A stretch of 64,000 bases of DNA from the human T2T-CHM13v2.0 reference genome, Homo sapiens. Made by a program: the position numbers and the translations under genes. Location: assembly GCF_009914755.1 (NCBI RefSeq), contig NC_060925.1. One strand, written 5' to 3'. The stretch's first letter is position 1; each line of letters begins with the position of its first letter. Below the pieces are notes generated by a model, which was not told the DNA's origin, made no database searches, and was given only the letters and a program-made list of their open reading frames with translations. This document shows, one piece after another, positions 1 to 15,001 of this stretch.

Positions 1-219
1 AACGCTAGTAAGTGACTTTCCTAATAATTTTGTAGGTTATTAGACCAGAGAGTGGGAATAATTAATTTATGACACTCACTCCATATCAAGTTGTATGAAC
101 TGACAGTCTTACACATCTTTGAATAACAGCAAAATATCTGTTATATATAAAATATTCCCTTACTTAGGAAATTAGAGCCATGGTCTAATAGTACCTAAAG
201 AAAAAGAAGGTTTTTCTTT

Positions 220-517
<298 letters not shown>

Positions 518-874
518 GTAAGGTTTTTCTTTAGGTATTATTGTTTTCAGCACATAAGTAGAACTGAAGGAAATGGCCTTAATTCATTTGGTATAAATGT
601 TTTAACACACATCTTCTAGTATTTTTGTCACTCATTTTAACCAGGATTAACATTCAGTTCAATCAGAGATATATTTAAATAAAAACAAACAAAAACCTCA
701 AATGATTTAGATAAAACCTGCCTCAAAACTCCTGCAGAAACAAAACAAAACTCCCACATGTGGAAAAGTCACCCCGCAGGGGTGGCCACTATGTGCATGA
801 TGCTCAACAGTGTGCAGCAAAGACTGAAAAGGGCAAGTTCTTCCTGGAGTGCTCATGATCCTGCCATCCCTCAC

Positions 875-1077
875 CTGTGCCCACTGATACAGCTGTTCCA
901 ACTGTGTTTTGTCTAGATCAGAGGTACCTATGGCAACAATCTTTTTGCTCTGAACTAAGTTTTCTAATTCCTCCCAGTAAGGCTGTAAATGCTCCAAGGA
1001 AAGATTAACTCCATCTTCAATAGGAGGTGAAGCAATGATCACAGAATCCAGCTGTGCAACTCCAAGGACTGAACAGG
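875..1077 (-). CDS. GCLM: GCLM coding exon 5 (ACSVLGVAQLDSVIIASPP...QLYQWAQ, 203 nt)
   Basis: inside ORF 707..1096; tcag acceptor, gtgag donor; cumulative 540 nt = 180 codons; later exons are beyond the left edge. Confidence 0.97.
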
Positions 1078-2095
1078 CTGATAGGAAGGAAGACACAAAG
1101 AAAATAAATGCTTACATCATAAAAACAAATATTTCTAATGTTTTCAAAGTATCCCACTGAATTCTGTCCATATTCTTCACTTGTTTTCAAAATAACAGAT
1201 TATTTCATAGTTTACTTTTCATTTAGAACATTTCTATCTTTCAAAAATGTGTAAGTGCCCATTTACCTACTTGCTCTGTGTGGCAGACAAGTGGGTTTCT
1301 CTGACCTGCCTTATTCCTAGGCAGCTTGCAGCTACTACTACATGCTCCTCTTTCTAGGGAACAAAATTTCTTCTTGTTTCCTAGGTCCCAGAAGTTTTTA
1401 GTAGCTCCCTTATCTTCATAAAATTTTCTTCTCCAGTTCTACTTGCTCACTACTATCGCATATGGATGATCACAAGAATTATGACCTAATATTCTGTAAC
1501 TAGTAGTCACAGCAAAGAATAAGCTTGAGACACTGAAAAACTGAATGTTTGGTCTTAATCCATATTTATAGAGGTAGATAATTTCTTAATTCTATAAAAA
1601 TAATTTAAGAGCTTATTTTAAATGATTATTCATTCTAAAGTTACATTAAAGAGCCAATTATTTAAGTTTTCAATATATGTAAATACTGGAATAATTTTTT
1701 ATTTAAGTATTGAATAACTTTAATATCACAATAACCTAAGTGCTAAAAACAGATATACTTGGATTTTTTTTGGATTTTTTTTTTTTTGCCGTTGTTTGGT
1801 TTTGATATTTCACCTCTAGTACTAAAAGGGCTAAGAATAAGAACTTCTATCTCCAAACGGATAGTGAACATTTAAGTACATTACACCTTTTACATTCCTC
1901 TTGCATATCAAAATATGACCCTACATAAGTCAGTATGATTTTACAGAAGCCTTAAGAAACTAAGCTAGAACTTTAAAAGGTAAAATTGGAATCAACTCAT
2001 TTTCTTTTTACCTGGACCTAAGCACAAGTTATAACTAATACACCTATACTAATTTAAAGTCCACTATTAAGATAAAAAATTCAGTTTTTGCTTAC

Positions 2096-2155
2096 CCATG
2101 TCAACTGCACTTCTAGTTGATGATGAAGAGTTTGATTCTACAATGAACAGTTTTG
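2096..2155 (-). CDS. GCLM: GCLM coding exon 4 (AKLFIVESNSSSSTRSAVDM, 60 nt)
   Basis: cccag acceptor, gtaag donor; phase consistent with exons 3 and 5. Confidence 0.97.
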
Positions 2156-2560
2156 CTGGGTAACAAAGAAAACAAAACTGATTACTACATTTGGATACAC
2201 ATTTCACTATATGCTAGTATTAACACTACTATAATACTAAGATGTCAGATAATCCTGAATGAATTATTTTTCCTTTCCCAGTCACATAACTTTATAGTTT
2301 TAATTTTAAGACATAAATGTATAGTTCCACTATACTTTTAAAATCATGTGCTAGTTGCCAACAAATATATGTTTATCAAAACAAAAAGTAAATATTTATT
2401 TCCCATTTATTAGAAGGCAGGTTAGATAACTATTGGAGCTTAAATTACTTGAAATTTATATTTTTATGACTTAAACATTAATAGAGCACATTATATATTC
2501 TCCAATAAACCAAAATCTATATACAAAGACTAAATTGAAAATGTAATGAGAAGAAAACTG

Positions 2561-2594
<34 letters not shown>

Positions 2595-2769
2595 CACAAT
2601 TCTACCTTCCCAATACAATCATTTTCATTTTCAGACACTATCTTCCAGTTTTTGGTCATATGAAGTAGGGCATAACATTATTTCCTCTTCTATTTGGTTT
2701 ACCTTTATGTAATAAATATTTAAAATATATGACTATGTAGTATTTAGTTATCTTAAAATTTCTTTACTT

Positions 2770-3163
<394 letters not shown>

Positions 3164-3357
3164 AAGATTTTTTTTATCCTAATAGTCATGTGCTTACTGT
3201 AGAAATAACGAAGACCTATAAAAGCAGAAAGACCAAAAAGAATTGCCAGTCTCATCACCCAAATTACTGTTTAGATTTCTGTGTATTCTGTGGCTTTTTT
3301 TCCACTTAGGGGTGGCCTTGAACGTATTCTATGTTTTTAGTGTATAATTTTACATAC

Positions 3358-3635
3358 TTTTTTTTTTTGAGACAGAGTCTCACTCTGTCGCCCAGTGGTG
3401 CCATCTTGGTTCATTGCAACCTCCTCCTGGGTTCAAGCAATTCTCATGCCTCAGCCACCCAAGTAGCTGGGATTATAGGCCTGCGCCACCATGCCTGGCT
3501 AATTTTTGTATTTTTAGTAGAGACGGGGTTTTGCCATGTTGTCCAGGCTGGTCTCGAACTCCTGGCCTCAAGTGATCCACCCGACTCGCCTCCCAAAGTG
3601 CTGGGATTACAGGCGTGAGCCACTGCGCCCAGCCA
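3358..3635 (-). mobile_element. Alu (AluS-like), intron 3
   Basis: Alu consensus; flanking aattttacat duplication. Confidence 0.93.
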
Positions 3636-4719
3636 ATTTTACATGCTCATTTTTTAATGGTTGAATATTATTTTGTAAATTTTGAAGAGTGTCATTTATT
3701 AAATGAGTTCTACTTATTGAACATTTAGGTTAGTAAATGTTCCAGTACTAGTTCCAGTTTTCTGTTTTCGCATATATAATGCCAAAACAAACATCTTAGT
3801 AACTTTTTGTTCAGCATTATACTATATAATTTCCCAGGGATGAATTGTTAGAAATGTTATTATGAGTCAAAGCATGTGACGTTTTGTGTGAGTCTTATTA
3901 TATTTTAAAAGATGTGTGCCAGTTTACCACACCACCACCAATTAACAATTGCTCTTCTAACAACATAGGATGCTATTATTAATTTTTTTTTAAAACTTAG
4001 TAGGTACAATGCATACCTACCCAAGACCACATTAATTGTAATTTCTTTGGTTACTAGGAAAGTTGAGTCATTTTCTATATTTGTAATATTGAGGTTTTGG
4101 TTTCATTCAAATTCAACTTTATATGTACATATTTACTTTATGTAAACTCACTGTTCAAAAAAATAAATGTATTCAATAGACAAACAGGTAGAGTAGCAGA
4201 AGAGCAACAAAAAAAATCAAAAGAGGAAATGGAGAAAAATAAGGCTAATGAAATACCCTTACATAAAGTGCCTGACATTCGATATATGCAACACATTTTC
4301 TTCTACGTTTCTTATATGAGTCCCTTCCTTCCTACTGCTAGGTGATCTCCCTAAAAACACTGCTTCCCTGAGATTACTCCCTATTGAACAGCCATCCTAG
4401 CTTCTCTACTAGATGAGAGTCAGTATTTACTATTTTGGTCTAACTTTAGCCCCTATAACTCTATGAAAGCCCCCCCCAATACTATTTCTCTGTCCATGAA
4501 TTTGTGCCATCTGAAATGGCCTCTTCTCTCTGAAGGATGAGGCTTTTTTGGATAGGTAGAAAGAGGAAAGCTCTTTATATGGGGAGAATTTTGATACCTA
4601 TAAAAAAATCTCAAGCCCTCTAGGAACTGAGGACAACTTCTAAGAGACCCAAGATGGAACTAAATCATGAATTACAGTCAACCTCAGAAAGAATGTTGCT
4701 TTACGTCCTTTCCAACACA

Positions 4720-5300
4720 AACAGCAATGTGAAATTAACAGGAAAAAATGGGTTTTGGAGTTAGGCATACCTGAGTGGATTCCTGGTTCAACCACTTACT
4801 GGTTGTATGACAACCTTCAAGTTATTTAGTATCACTAATGCAATGCAGTAACAGACTTAACTTGCAGGATTGTCTTGAGAATTAAATGAGAAAATATAAC
4901 CATAAAGTACCAAGCACAGTGCCTGGCACAAAGCAAGACTCAATAAATGGTAGTTACTATAATTAGATTAAAAAGAGACAATACCCTATCTCATCTTACA
5001 TGTAATTTATTATTATTATCCATCTCAATAATAATAAAATAGCAACAACCACAATAATAACAACATGGTAGCAAATAATAGCTACCTAGAACTTACTTTG
5101 AGGCAAACACTGTGCTAAGTGCTTCTTTTGTTATTTCATCCAGTTTACAAAGAAGCCGGAGAAACAGGTACATCCCCATTTTATAGAAGAGAAAACTGAG
5201 ACTCAGGGAGGTTAAAGTCTTTGTTAGCCCAACATTATACTAGCCTGTAATCTGCACACCCCGAAACTTCAAAGCTCAAGCTTTTAATGACTATGCTATG
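4720..5300. mobile_element. MIR fragments, intron 3
   Basis: MIR core-like motifs (cccattttatagaagagaaaactgagactcag; gcacagtgcctggcaca). Confidence 0.65.
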
Positions 5301-5850
5301 CTAATTGTAAGGTGAGGGCAGAGATGGCGCATCTTTTCATTTTTGTATTCCTTGAGTATAGTACAGTTTCTGGAATTTGTCACTTACTACATTTCCTGAA
5401 TGGGTGTTACAGTATTTTCTTTCTCTTCATGTAACTTGCCCAGGTTTCTTTTTATATTCCCAGGTGACCTCACACATTGCTTACCAGTATCTTACCAGGA
5501 AGGGGGTGCTTATGCTTGCTTTGGGTGGATGCTGCTTCTAAGCCTTCCCTTTATCCTTTCCATCTCCTTCATCTTAATCTTTCTACTGCTCTGAAGTTTG
5601 ACACATAAATTACATGACATGATGACATCATCATGAAGAACAGCAAGTTGAAGTTCTATTCTGACTCTTATATAATAGCCAGCACTGACCTCTTATAACT
5701 CCATCTTGGAGTTTAAGTAAAATTATGCTAAAAAAGAATTTCTGTATTTCCCACATTTAGTGTCTGAGCAAAGAAAGGCTTATTCTAATGCCTAACAAAA
5801 TCTATCACTTCCGCTATGTAACAAAATAAACAGAAAAGACTGGACTTTAC

Positions 5851-5935
5851 CAGAAACTTTCATTTCTTCTCTTTCATCAGGATTTATCTTTTCTACTGCA
5901 TGAGATACAGTGCATTCCAAGACATCTGGAAACTC
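5851..5935 (-). CDS. GCLM: GCLM coding exon 3 (EFPDVLECTVSHAVEKINPDEREEMKVS, 85 nt)
   Basis: tatag acceptor, gtaaag donor; manual translation. Confidence 0.97.
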
Positions 5936-6400
5936 CTATAATAAACACAATATTTAAAACAAATATAAAATTTAATGCTTCTGATTAATTATAAAATTTT
6001 CTATTATCCATAATGCCTTTTAGAATCAGAGAACCTATAAGACAACAGAGTTCTCTACCTGAGGTCTGGGTGGGCTTCACAAGGGTTGTAAAGCTCTGAA
6101 ATAAAGGTAAAGTGGGGTGTGTGTGTGTGTTTGTGTGTGTGTATCTATTTTCTAGGAAAATGTATCTCATTTTGACCAGGTATTTAGAAAGAAGCATGAT
6201 CAAAAAAATTAAAAATAAACAAGCAGTGGAGGGATATGTGAGGAGTTAGAAACAGTAGCACAGCAGATAATTTTACTCTAAAAAGAAACCAATGAAAATA
6301 ATATCCACTCTAGATGACATAATAAACACGTTCTACATTAATTACAAGCATTTTCTTTTACTTTTTAATTTATTTGGATTTTAATGTTATTGAACTTTAA

Positions 6401-6742
<342 letters not shown>

Positions 6743-6754
6743 GTTTTTTTTTTT

Positions 6755-7982
<1,228 letters not shown>

Positions 7983-8787
7983 TAATGAGAAAATATTAGT
8001 ACATATAAATCAGATACATATTAACTTACATTTACAATATCATACAAAGTAAACGGCAAAGGCTTTCCCATGATTCTTGAGCACTTTCACAGCACGTATC
8101 AGGGGTTCAGTAAGTGTTTACAAGTCAAGCATAAGTAGAATAAACAGTCATTTCAGAGAAACAGAGATTGATTTAAAAAAAACCATAACTCAATGTCTAT
8201 ATAGTAGCTATAGAGTTACATGGTTGCAGTATGCCCAGGGGAACCAGTATTTCCAGCACATGTCCTTTTCCATACTTTTAAAGTAGCCTAAGTAATGTGC
8301 TGTGAGCCTTTGACTGAGTTGGATTTCAAAACGTGTTTTAGGGTTTTGAACATTAACATTTATGATAGTAGCCATATACTGACATTTAGTGGAACACAGT
8401 TCCTTATTGTTTCATCAGAAACTGACATTTGAAAAATTACTTCTAGTGATGTTGAGTCTACTAAAGCAATCTACCAATCACAATTGATAATCATTCCTCT
8501 CCTAGACCAAATATAAACTGAAATAAAACACTGATAGTGAGGAAACCATGGTGAGAATTAAGCATGAGAATCCTAGTATCTTGTCTGGTTAAAGAGTTGC
8601 CTACGGTCTAGATTTTCTGTTTTATGCATAAGCCTACTGGATCAGAGTGCCGTCTCAGCAAATCAACCACAGAGAGTTTATGGCTAATTGCCTATTTGAC
8701 TTCCCTCACAAAACTGAAGAAATTAACTTCCTGTTTACTTTACTTCCTTTTTGACCTGCATGATTTTTGCATTCACATTTCACTTAC

Positions 8788-8853
8788 CCTGACCAAATCT
8801 GGGTTGATTTGGGAACTCCATTCATTCAAGGTTTTTTGGATACAATCATGAAG
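8788..8853 (-). CDS. GCLM: GCLM coding exon 2 (LHDCIQKTLNEWSSQINPDLVR, 66 nt, phase 0/0)
   Basis: tttgcag acceptor, gtaagt donor; continues the exon 1 frame. Confidence 0.97.
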
Positions 8854-9156
8854 CTGCAAAAGGAATGCATTTTGAAACTGTTAATCAAAGTCTATATACT
8901 TTTCTGTACTTCTACAATAAGAATATATTAATTTGATAAGCAGGAAAAAAAAGATAGCAACAGGAAATACCATACAAACCCCAATTTTAATCCTACAAGG
9001 TTTTTGTTTCCTTCAACATACATAAATTCAGGCCTGTTTTCATCCTACTCTTGTTTCTCAAATGTTCTTGAACTAAAGAAGTTGTCTAATTACTTTAAAG
9101 CTTTTTTTGTACCAGTGAAAATTTAAGCTAACTGTTGAGACACAAAAGCATTCATA

Positions 9157-9457
9157 GGCCAGGTATAGTGGCTCATGCCTGTAATCCCAGCACTTTGGGA
9201 GGCTGAGGGGGGCAAATCACTTGAGGTGAGGAGTTCAAGACCAGCCTGGCCAACATGGTGAAACCCTGTCTCTACTAAAAATACAAAAATCATGTGGGCC
9301 TAGTAGTGCAAGCCTGTAGTAGCTACTCGGGTGGCTGAGGCAGGACAATTTTGCTTGAACCCAGGAGGTGGAGGTTATAGTGTGCTGAGATGATGCCATT
9401 TCATTCCAGCCTGGGCAACAGAGCAAGACTCTATTTCCAAAAAAAAAAAAAAAAAAA
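9157..9457 (+). mobile_element. Alu (AluS-like), intron 1; antisense in GCLM pre-mRNA
   Basis: Alu consensus, poly-A, TSD gcattcata. Confidence 0.95.
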
Positions 9458-9609
9458 GGCATTCATAAAGAAACAAAAATAAGGTTTATAAACAAAGGAA
9501 CTTGGAGTCAAGCCCAGGCTGTCTGACTAGAATTCATATCACAACTATGCTACATTTCTCAAAGACAAACAAATTAAATTATTAGAGAATAAGTGTGGCT
9601 GGTAAATCC

Positions 9610-9766
9610 TACCTCAGATTCACCTGTGCTGTTTATTAAAATTTCAGACTCCTGAGCCTAATCCTAGACCCACTGAATCATTCTCCAAGAGCAGTTTGGA
9701 CTTTCATTTTAACAAGCATCCTAAGGAGAGTACTTTATCTACGTACTCTAAAGTCTGAGAACCACC
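9610..9766. mobile_element. MER5-like hAT-Charlie MITE
   Basis: cagattcacctg...agacccactgaatca...ttttaacaagcatcc...aagtctgagaaccac. Confidence 0.65.
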
Positions 9767-12700
9767 AGGATAGACATATCTTGCAGAACTCAACTTGTAT
9801 GACACTCCAGAAGTCATTTCGTAACATTTAGGTGCACCTCTAACCTATCTTCCATGTTTTCTTAGATAAACAAAAAAAAATTTATACAAATATTATAGTA
9901 TGTTGTAAATTAATTCAAACATACTTTATTAAAGTGTATTTCAGACTTATTTGATAGTAGTCCAAAGTAAGACATACATTCACATAGTGAGCAAAGACCT
10001 ATATACATATAATGGAACAAAACAGTCATAAAGCGGTATTTATGCTCACAACATGCCAGGCACTCTAATGGCTTCCAATATATTAATTAGAAAAAATATA
10101 CTGGTCCATGACTCACTGAACTGATTTATGACCACTAATGGGCCAAACCTGGCAATCTGAAATCACTGCCTTATTAGATAACCAAGGACACAGTGTTTTG
10201 CATTCTTCTGTGGGCAATCAATGAAAACACAAATGAGTAACTAGAGGCAAGCCCCTGAATTGCAAAAGCACTTTCCTAATAGAAACAGCAGACACTAAAC
10301 TTCTGAACTATCTGAACTATGACTGCTTATGATAAAAACTGATACAATCACTTTACTACGTATATCTTAGTACACATGATTACAAGAGATAACTGGTTTA
10401 TCAATTTAAGGGCACAGAACTACCTATGTTAAGATTTACAATCCATAATAATAATTTACATGCTAGTCACAACAATTCACTTGAATTCAAATTATAAGGT
10501 CTAGATCTTTATGTAAAGCATATTTATAATCAAATTTAAGTCAGTGGATGAAAAGGAGTTGATAATCATTCCAGATACAATTATAAGTCATAGTATTTTC
10601 TTAAAAATTAGTAAAAATGGAAGGAGCAGAACCAACTAGAGGTTAAAAATTCTATCGGAAGTGCTTTGGCTCAAATCGTGGGATAATTCTAAGAAATTTC
10701 CCTCTGGAAGGATGGCTCATTTGCACACTTGAGGCTTTCCTGATGAATTCCTCAATTCAGGAAGGTAAGTCTATTTTTATAGTATTCACCCTCTTCTTGA
10801 AACCATTTCTTTAATTAATCTTGGATTCTGCAAAATGTCAGGACAAATAATAAAACAGTCTAATGTTACAATTACGTAGGAAATTCATTGACTTTATCAC
10901 AAGCCTAATTATTTTTAATCTTGTAAATTACATGTTTGCTATATTGACTAAACATTAACCTTGTACTTGGGTTAATGTTTGTCATTAACATTAATGTTTA
11001 TGTTTGTTCTCCGCTCTCTTCATTCTTATAATACACACCCAATATCACTGAGTATAAGCATCACCACAACTTAGCCTACCATTAGATCTGGAGTTGTATA
11101 AGAATTTTTTAAATACCATGATTCAACCGGTCAAACACCCTTACAACAAAGAACTGGGCAAAACAGTCCTATAATGGTCCACTTACAAACTATTTGATTT
11201 CATAAAATTCCAGTGAGACAAAAAATCTGGGCAGAGGTCATAACATTTTTTAAAAAATTAGAACTAGAAGAGACCTTGTAAGAAATTTAACTGAACTCTT
11301 GACCCAACACGTACATTTTCTCAAAAATAAGTGATTTGTTCAGTTTACTTAATTTCTTCAGTGAAGCGGAACTGTTCCAAGTAGTACATCCCAATTTGGA
11401 GCTCTGGGTGTTACAAAGTTCTTTTACATAGAAACAAAATGTGCCTCCCCTTTTGCTCTTACCAAGCAGTCATAGTTTCCCTACAGTATGATGCCATTCC
11501 TTCAAGTTTTCCTGAAATGTTTTCTAGTTTCTTTAGTTTTATCCTACTGTTATGAAGCACCCTAAATAAAACACTAGAAACCAGAACTAGTCCTTTGAAC
11601 AATGTTTTACAAACTGTGGTGTGTGACTCTGAGCATCAAGAAATCAACATTTTAAAAATTAAAATAAAAGAAAAAATCAGAATATACGGTATAAGGGCTA
11701 ATATCTTTTTGTGAAACCTGTTTCAGATATACTGATTATACAACTATTAACTGGATTGCAAAGTAAAATGTACTTCTTACTGTGTTTGCAGTCAGAAACT
11801 CTTTTGAGTCACTACTTTAGAGTATGCTATTGTGAGATAGGTAAAATTTCACCCAATAATATCAATATACGTGCAAAATTCTGTATTGAACTACCACCAA
11901 CAGTACTGGAAGAAATTAAGAGTCTATGTACCGAATACAGAAATATTTATCTGTGGGAGAAACAGCCAAAGTAGGTGGTTTAAATAAAACAAAACATACA
12001 CACTGAGCTGGAACGTGAACACAGAATATGGTACAGACTCAGATTCCTACTAAAGTTACAAGCAAGAGTTCTCATCTCTTGATGGGCACTGACCCCAACA
12101 ACAGGCCTGGGCACAGGTCCAGCACTTAACTCAGAGGGATGCCGTGTGCTGCTGCATGGTCTGTTACCAACATCTCATAGAAGAGAGCAGAAACCACTTA
12201 GGAACACAGCTGATTTAGGAAGGTTTTTCTAAACACACATAGTTTAGGAAGGTTTTTCTCTTAATTAAGATTTATCTTTCTGATGGAACCAGATGACAGG
12301 GAGATAGATGCCTGCATGGTGAGCGTTTTCATATATTACCTCTTAATTCTCACAACAACCTGATGAGGAAGGTGTTATTATCCAACTTTAAAGTAATTTT
12401 CCAAAGTCATATAGCTCCTAAATCTAAAGATTTTGTTATTTTTTAAATACTAAAATTGTCCCATACCACCAATATGCACAATGTGCAGTGGATGACTATC
12501 CGCTCAGAAATGGCCAACAAATAGGTAACAAGTTTGTAATTCCAGATTAATCTCTGTCACCTCCAACTAGTGACTAGTCTTTTTATTTTCCAGTTTTTAC
12601 AAAACTTTAATTTTTGAATTGATAGATTATATTTGTACATATTTATGGGGCACATGTGATATTCTGTTACATGCATAGAATGTACAATGATATTGTTACA

Positions 12701-13302
12701 TGCATAGAATGTGTACTGATAAAGCATACATAGATGCACAGATAAGTGCATAAAATGTGTAATGACTAAAGTCAGGGTATTTAGGGTATTCCAAAGCCAA
12801 AATTGAGTGCTTACTCATTTGCCTCACTGCAATAGAGAGTCTAATGTCAACATTCTAAAAGTTAGGTGTACTATGAATACTACTTCATCTGAATGCACCA
12901 AAGGATAATCTCCGAAAATATTCCTTTACCTGGACAGGGTGGGGGAAGGAAGCGAGAGATGTGGAGAGAGACGGAGCGACGTCCTGGCCCTCTGTGACCT
13001 CCGTGCCAGGAAGAGGGACCCAGGATGTTTGAGAGTTTTGCTACCAGCCTTAAGCACCGAGAGAGGTGTCACTCAGTGCGCAGCTGCACCGGCTAAGTTT
13101 TTTAGACGCGTTGCCCTCGGCAGCGGGTTTGGACCCAAGGTCGCGTCGACACTGGCCTCAGCATCTGACCGCGGGCGGAGCCCAGGTGCGCGCGAGGCCC
13201 TGCCACCCTCCCTCGCCCGCGGGCGCTTCTCCCTTGCCGGAACCGCCCGGCCCCGCCCGAGGCCTGCCCCGGGAGCCCCGCGGCGAGTGTCGCCACGCTC
13301 AC

Positions 13303-13428
13303 CTCCTCGCTGTGCGTGGACGGGCACTTCTTCCGCAGGCGGCCCCAGTTCAGCAGGTTCCCCGTCTGCAGGTGCAGGGTGCGGGCCCGCGCCAGGAGCG
13401 CCTTGGCCGCGCGGCTGTCGGTGCCCAT
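13303..13428 (-). CDS. GCLM: GCLM coding exon 1 (MGTDSRAAKALLARARTLHLQTGNLLNWGRLRKKCPSTHSEE, 42 codons)
   Basis: ATG at 13428-13426; translation matches the GCLM N-terminus; GTGAG donor follows at 13302; lies in a CpG island. Confidence 0.98.
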
Positions 13429-13719
13429 GGCAGCGGCCGCCCAGGGGCCGCGCAGCGAAGGGGCTGCGGGCGGGCGGGCAGGCAGGCGGCCGCCCCACAG
13501 GACGCGGTGCCCGAGGCCCGAGAGAGACCCGAGAGGGAGCGCGAGGCTGCCGGCGCCGCGCGGCTGGAGCCTGGTCTGCGCTCGGGCCCGAGGGAGGCCG
13601 GACGGCGGCTGGGCGGCGGCGGGAAAGGAAGGCACCGGTGGCTGCGGCTCCGGCTCCGGCTACTGCGGCCGCAGCGGGAGAGCTGATTCCAAACTGAGGG
13701 AGCTGTTTCCTGGAAGACA

Positions 13720-13730
13720 ATGACTAAGCA
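13720..13730 (+). promoter_or_regulatory. Antioxidant/electrophile response element (NRF2-sMAF), ATGACTAAGCA
   Basis: matches RTGACnnnGCA about 300 nt upstream of the ATG, the known position of the GCLM EpRE; inverted relative to the gene. Confidence 0.9.
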
Positions 13731-13762
13731 GAAATCGTAGCCGAGAAAGTGCTTCGTAACCG

Positions 13763-13769
13763 TTACTCA
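13763..13769 (-). promoter_or_regulatory. AP-1-like site TGAGTAA (~-340 from ATG)
   Basis: ttactca on + strand; overlaps palindrome GTAAC-C-GTTAC (13756-13766). Confidence 0.55.
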
Positions 13770-13962
13770 TCCCGCGGCGGGGCAGGGGCGGGGCGCGAAT
13801 GGGCTGCGGGACGCCGGCCCGCAAGTGACTGGCCCTTGGCCTGCGGCGGGCGTGGCGACGGGTGGTGCGCGGCGGGCGCGCGGGTCGAGAGAGCGTGGCG
13901 GCGCGGCCCGGAGCGCAGCGCGCGGCAGGGCTCCCCCTGGCGGTCAGAGGACAGCGCGAGGC

Positions 13963-14012
13963 AGACACCGCCTCCGCCTGGTGAGGTAGACACCGCCTCC
14001 GCCTGGTGAGGT
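13963..14012. repeat. Perfect 25-bp tandem duplication in the GCLM upstream promoter
   Basis: agacaccgcctccgcctggtgaggt at 13963-13987 and 13988-14012. Confidence 0.95.
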
Positions 14013-15001
14013 CTCCCGGCGTTCAGGTCGCGGCTCCGCCCACGGCCGCCCCAGGGTGGGCTTCCTACACGTCTCTTTAAAGGGCAGCCTGAGCGGCCAC
14101 CGGGACTCGGAAATGCTACGTAGTTTTCGTTCTCAGAAGCAGCTGTTTATGCGCAAGCGCCCCCTTCTTCTTTTCGCTTTGCTACCTTCAAGGACCTTCT
14201 CCCAAACTGCTAATTTTTCTTCATCCGTTAAAGGTCTATTGATTCACATTATTTGCTGGCAGTGTGTGAAGTCAACGAACAAGACTGAGTCTTTGCCCTT
14301 GAGACGCGTACACTCTACCCAGAGACAAGTTCTAAGCACAGGAAACAAGTAATTTTATAAGAACATCATAGGGCAGTTATTCTCCAGATGAATTCAGATT
14401 AAAGAGGACACTTGAGCCGGTGAGATCACAGAAAGCTTTTATCACCCACCCCTTTAGAGGTGGTCGAGATTATTTACCCCTATTAAATTTCACGTGTGGT
14501 GGTGGACTCGGTATAAACATCAAATTGAACATGTATTGAGCTTTCCTCAACAATCTTTCACATTCGTTGAGGTGAATCAGATTATTAAAGGCAAAATGAG
14601 ATTCTCATTATAAGCGGGGACAATATAGCTATTGAAAAGAGAGATGAACCAGTTGGTAAAATGGTAAGAATTAGGGGAGGGATGGGAAAAAAGATCTTTC
14701 TAGGAAGTTAGAAATTGAGCCTGATGTTGAGTAAATATTTGTTGGCTGAATGAATGATGGTAAGAGTTCATTGAACGAGCTTGCGCTGCTTTTTTTTTTT
14801 TTTTTTGGATATTGATTTTTTATTATAGTGAAAGAGCTACCCACAAGCACCACCACTACTTAAACACATTTTGATGCACTGTAACATACAATTAACATTT
14901 GTTGTAAATAATTCCAACATATACAAAAATAGCAAGAATACTATAATGAAACCCGATATAACTATCTTCTGAACTCAAGATTGAATAAGATTTGTCTATA
15001 C

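Larger units (their letters stand above)
13080..14110. promoter_or_regulatory. CpG island spanning GCLM promoter, 5'UTR and exon 1
   Basis: very high GC and CpG density against AT-rich flanks; GC box GGGGCGGGGC at 13785-13794. Confidence 0.93.

Noticed and set aside
707-874. Read-through of exon 5 into intron 5 (VRDGRIMSTP...)
   Set aside because: A canonical GTGAG donor ends the exon; no evidence for a retained-intron protein
5288-5296. Intronic ARE core TGACTATGC; isolated TGACTCA sites at 10109, 24121 and 62126
   Set aside because: Short motifs expected by chance in 64 kb; no supporting context
12939-14009. Several long overlapping ORFs (252, 215, 206 aa etc.) in the promoter
   Set aside because: Expected in a stop-poor CpG island; low-complexity Arg/Pro/Ala/Gly translations; only the GCLM exon 1 frame is supported
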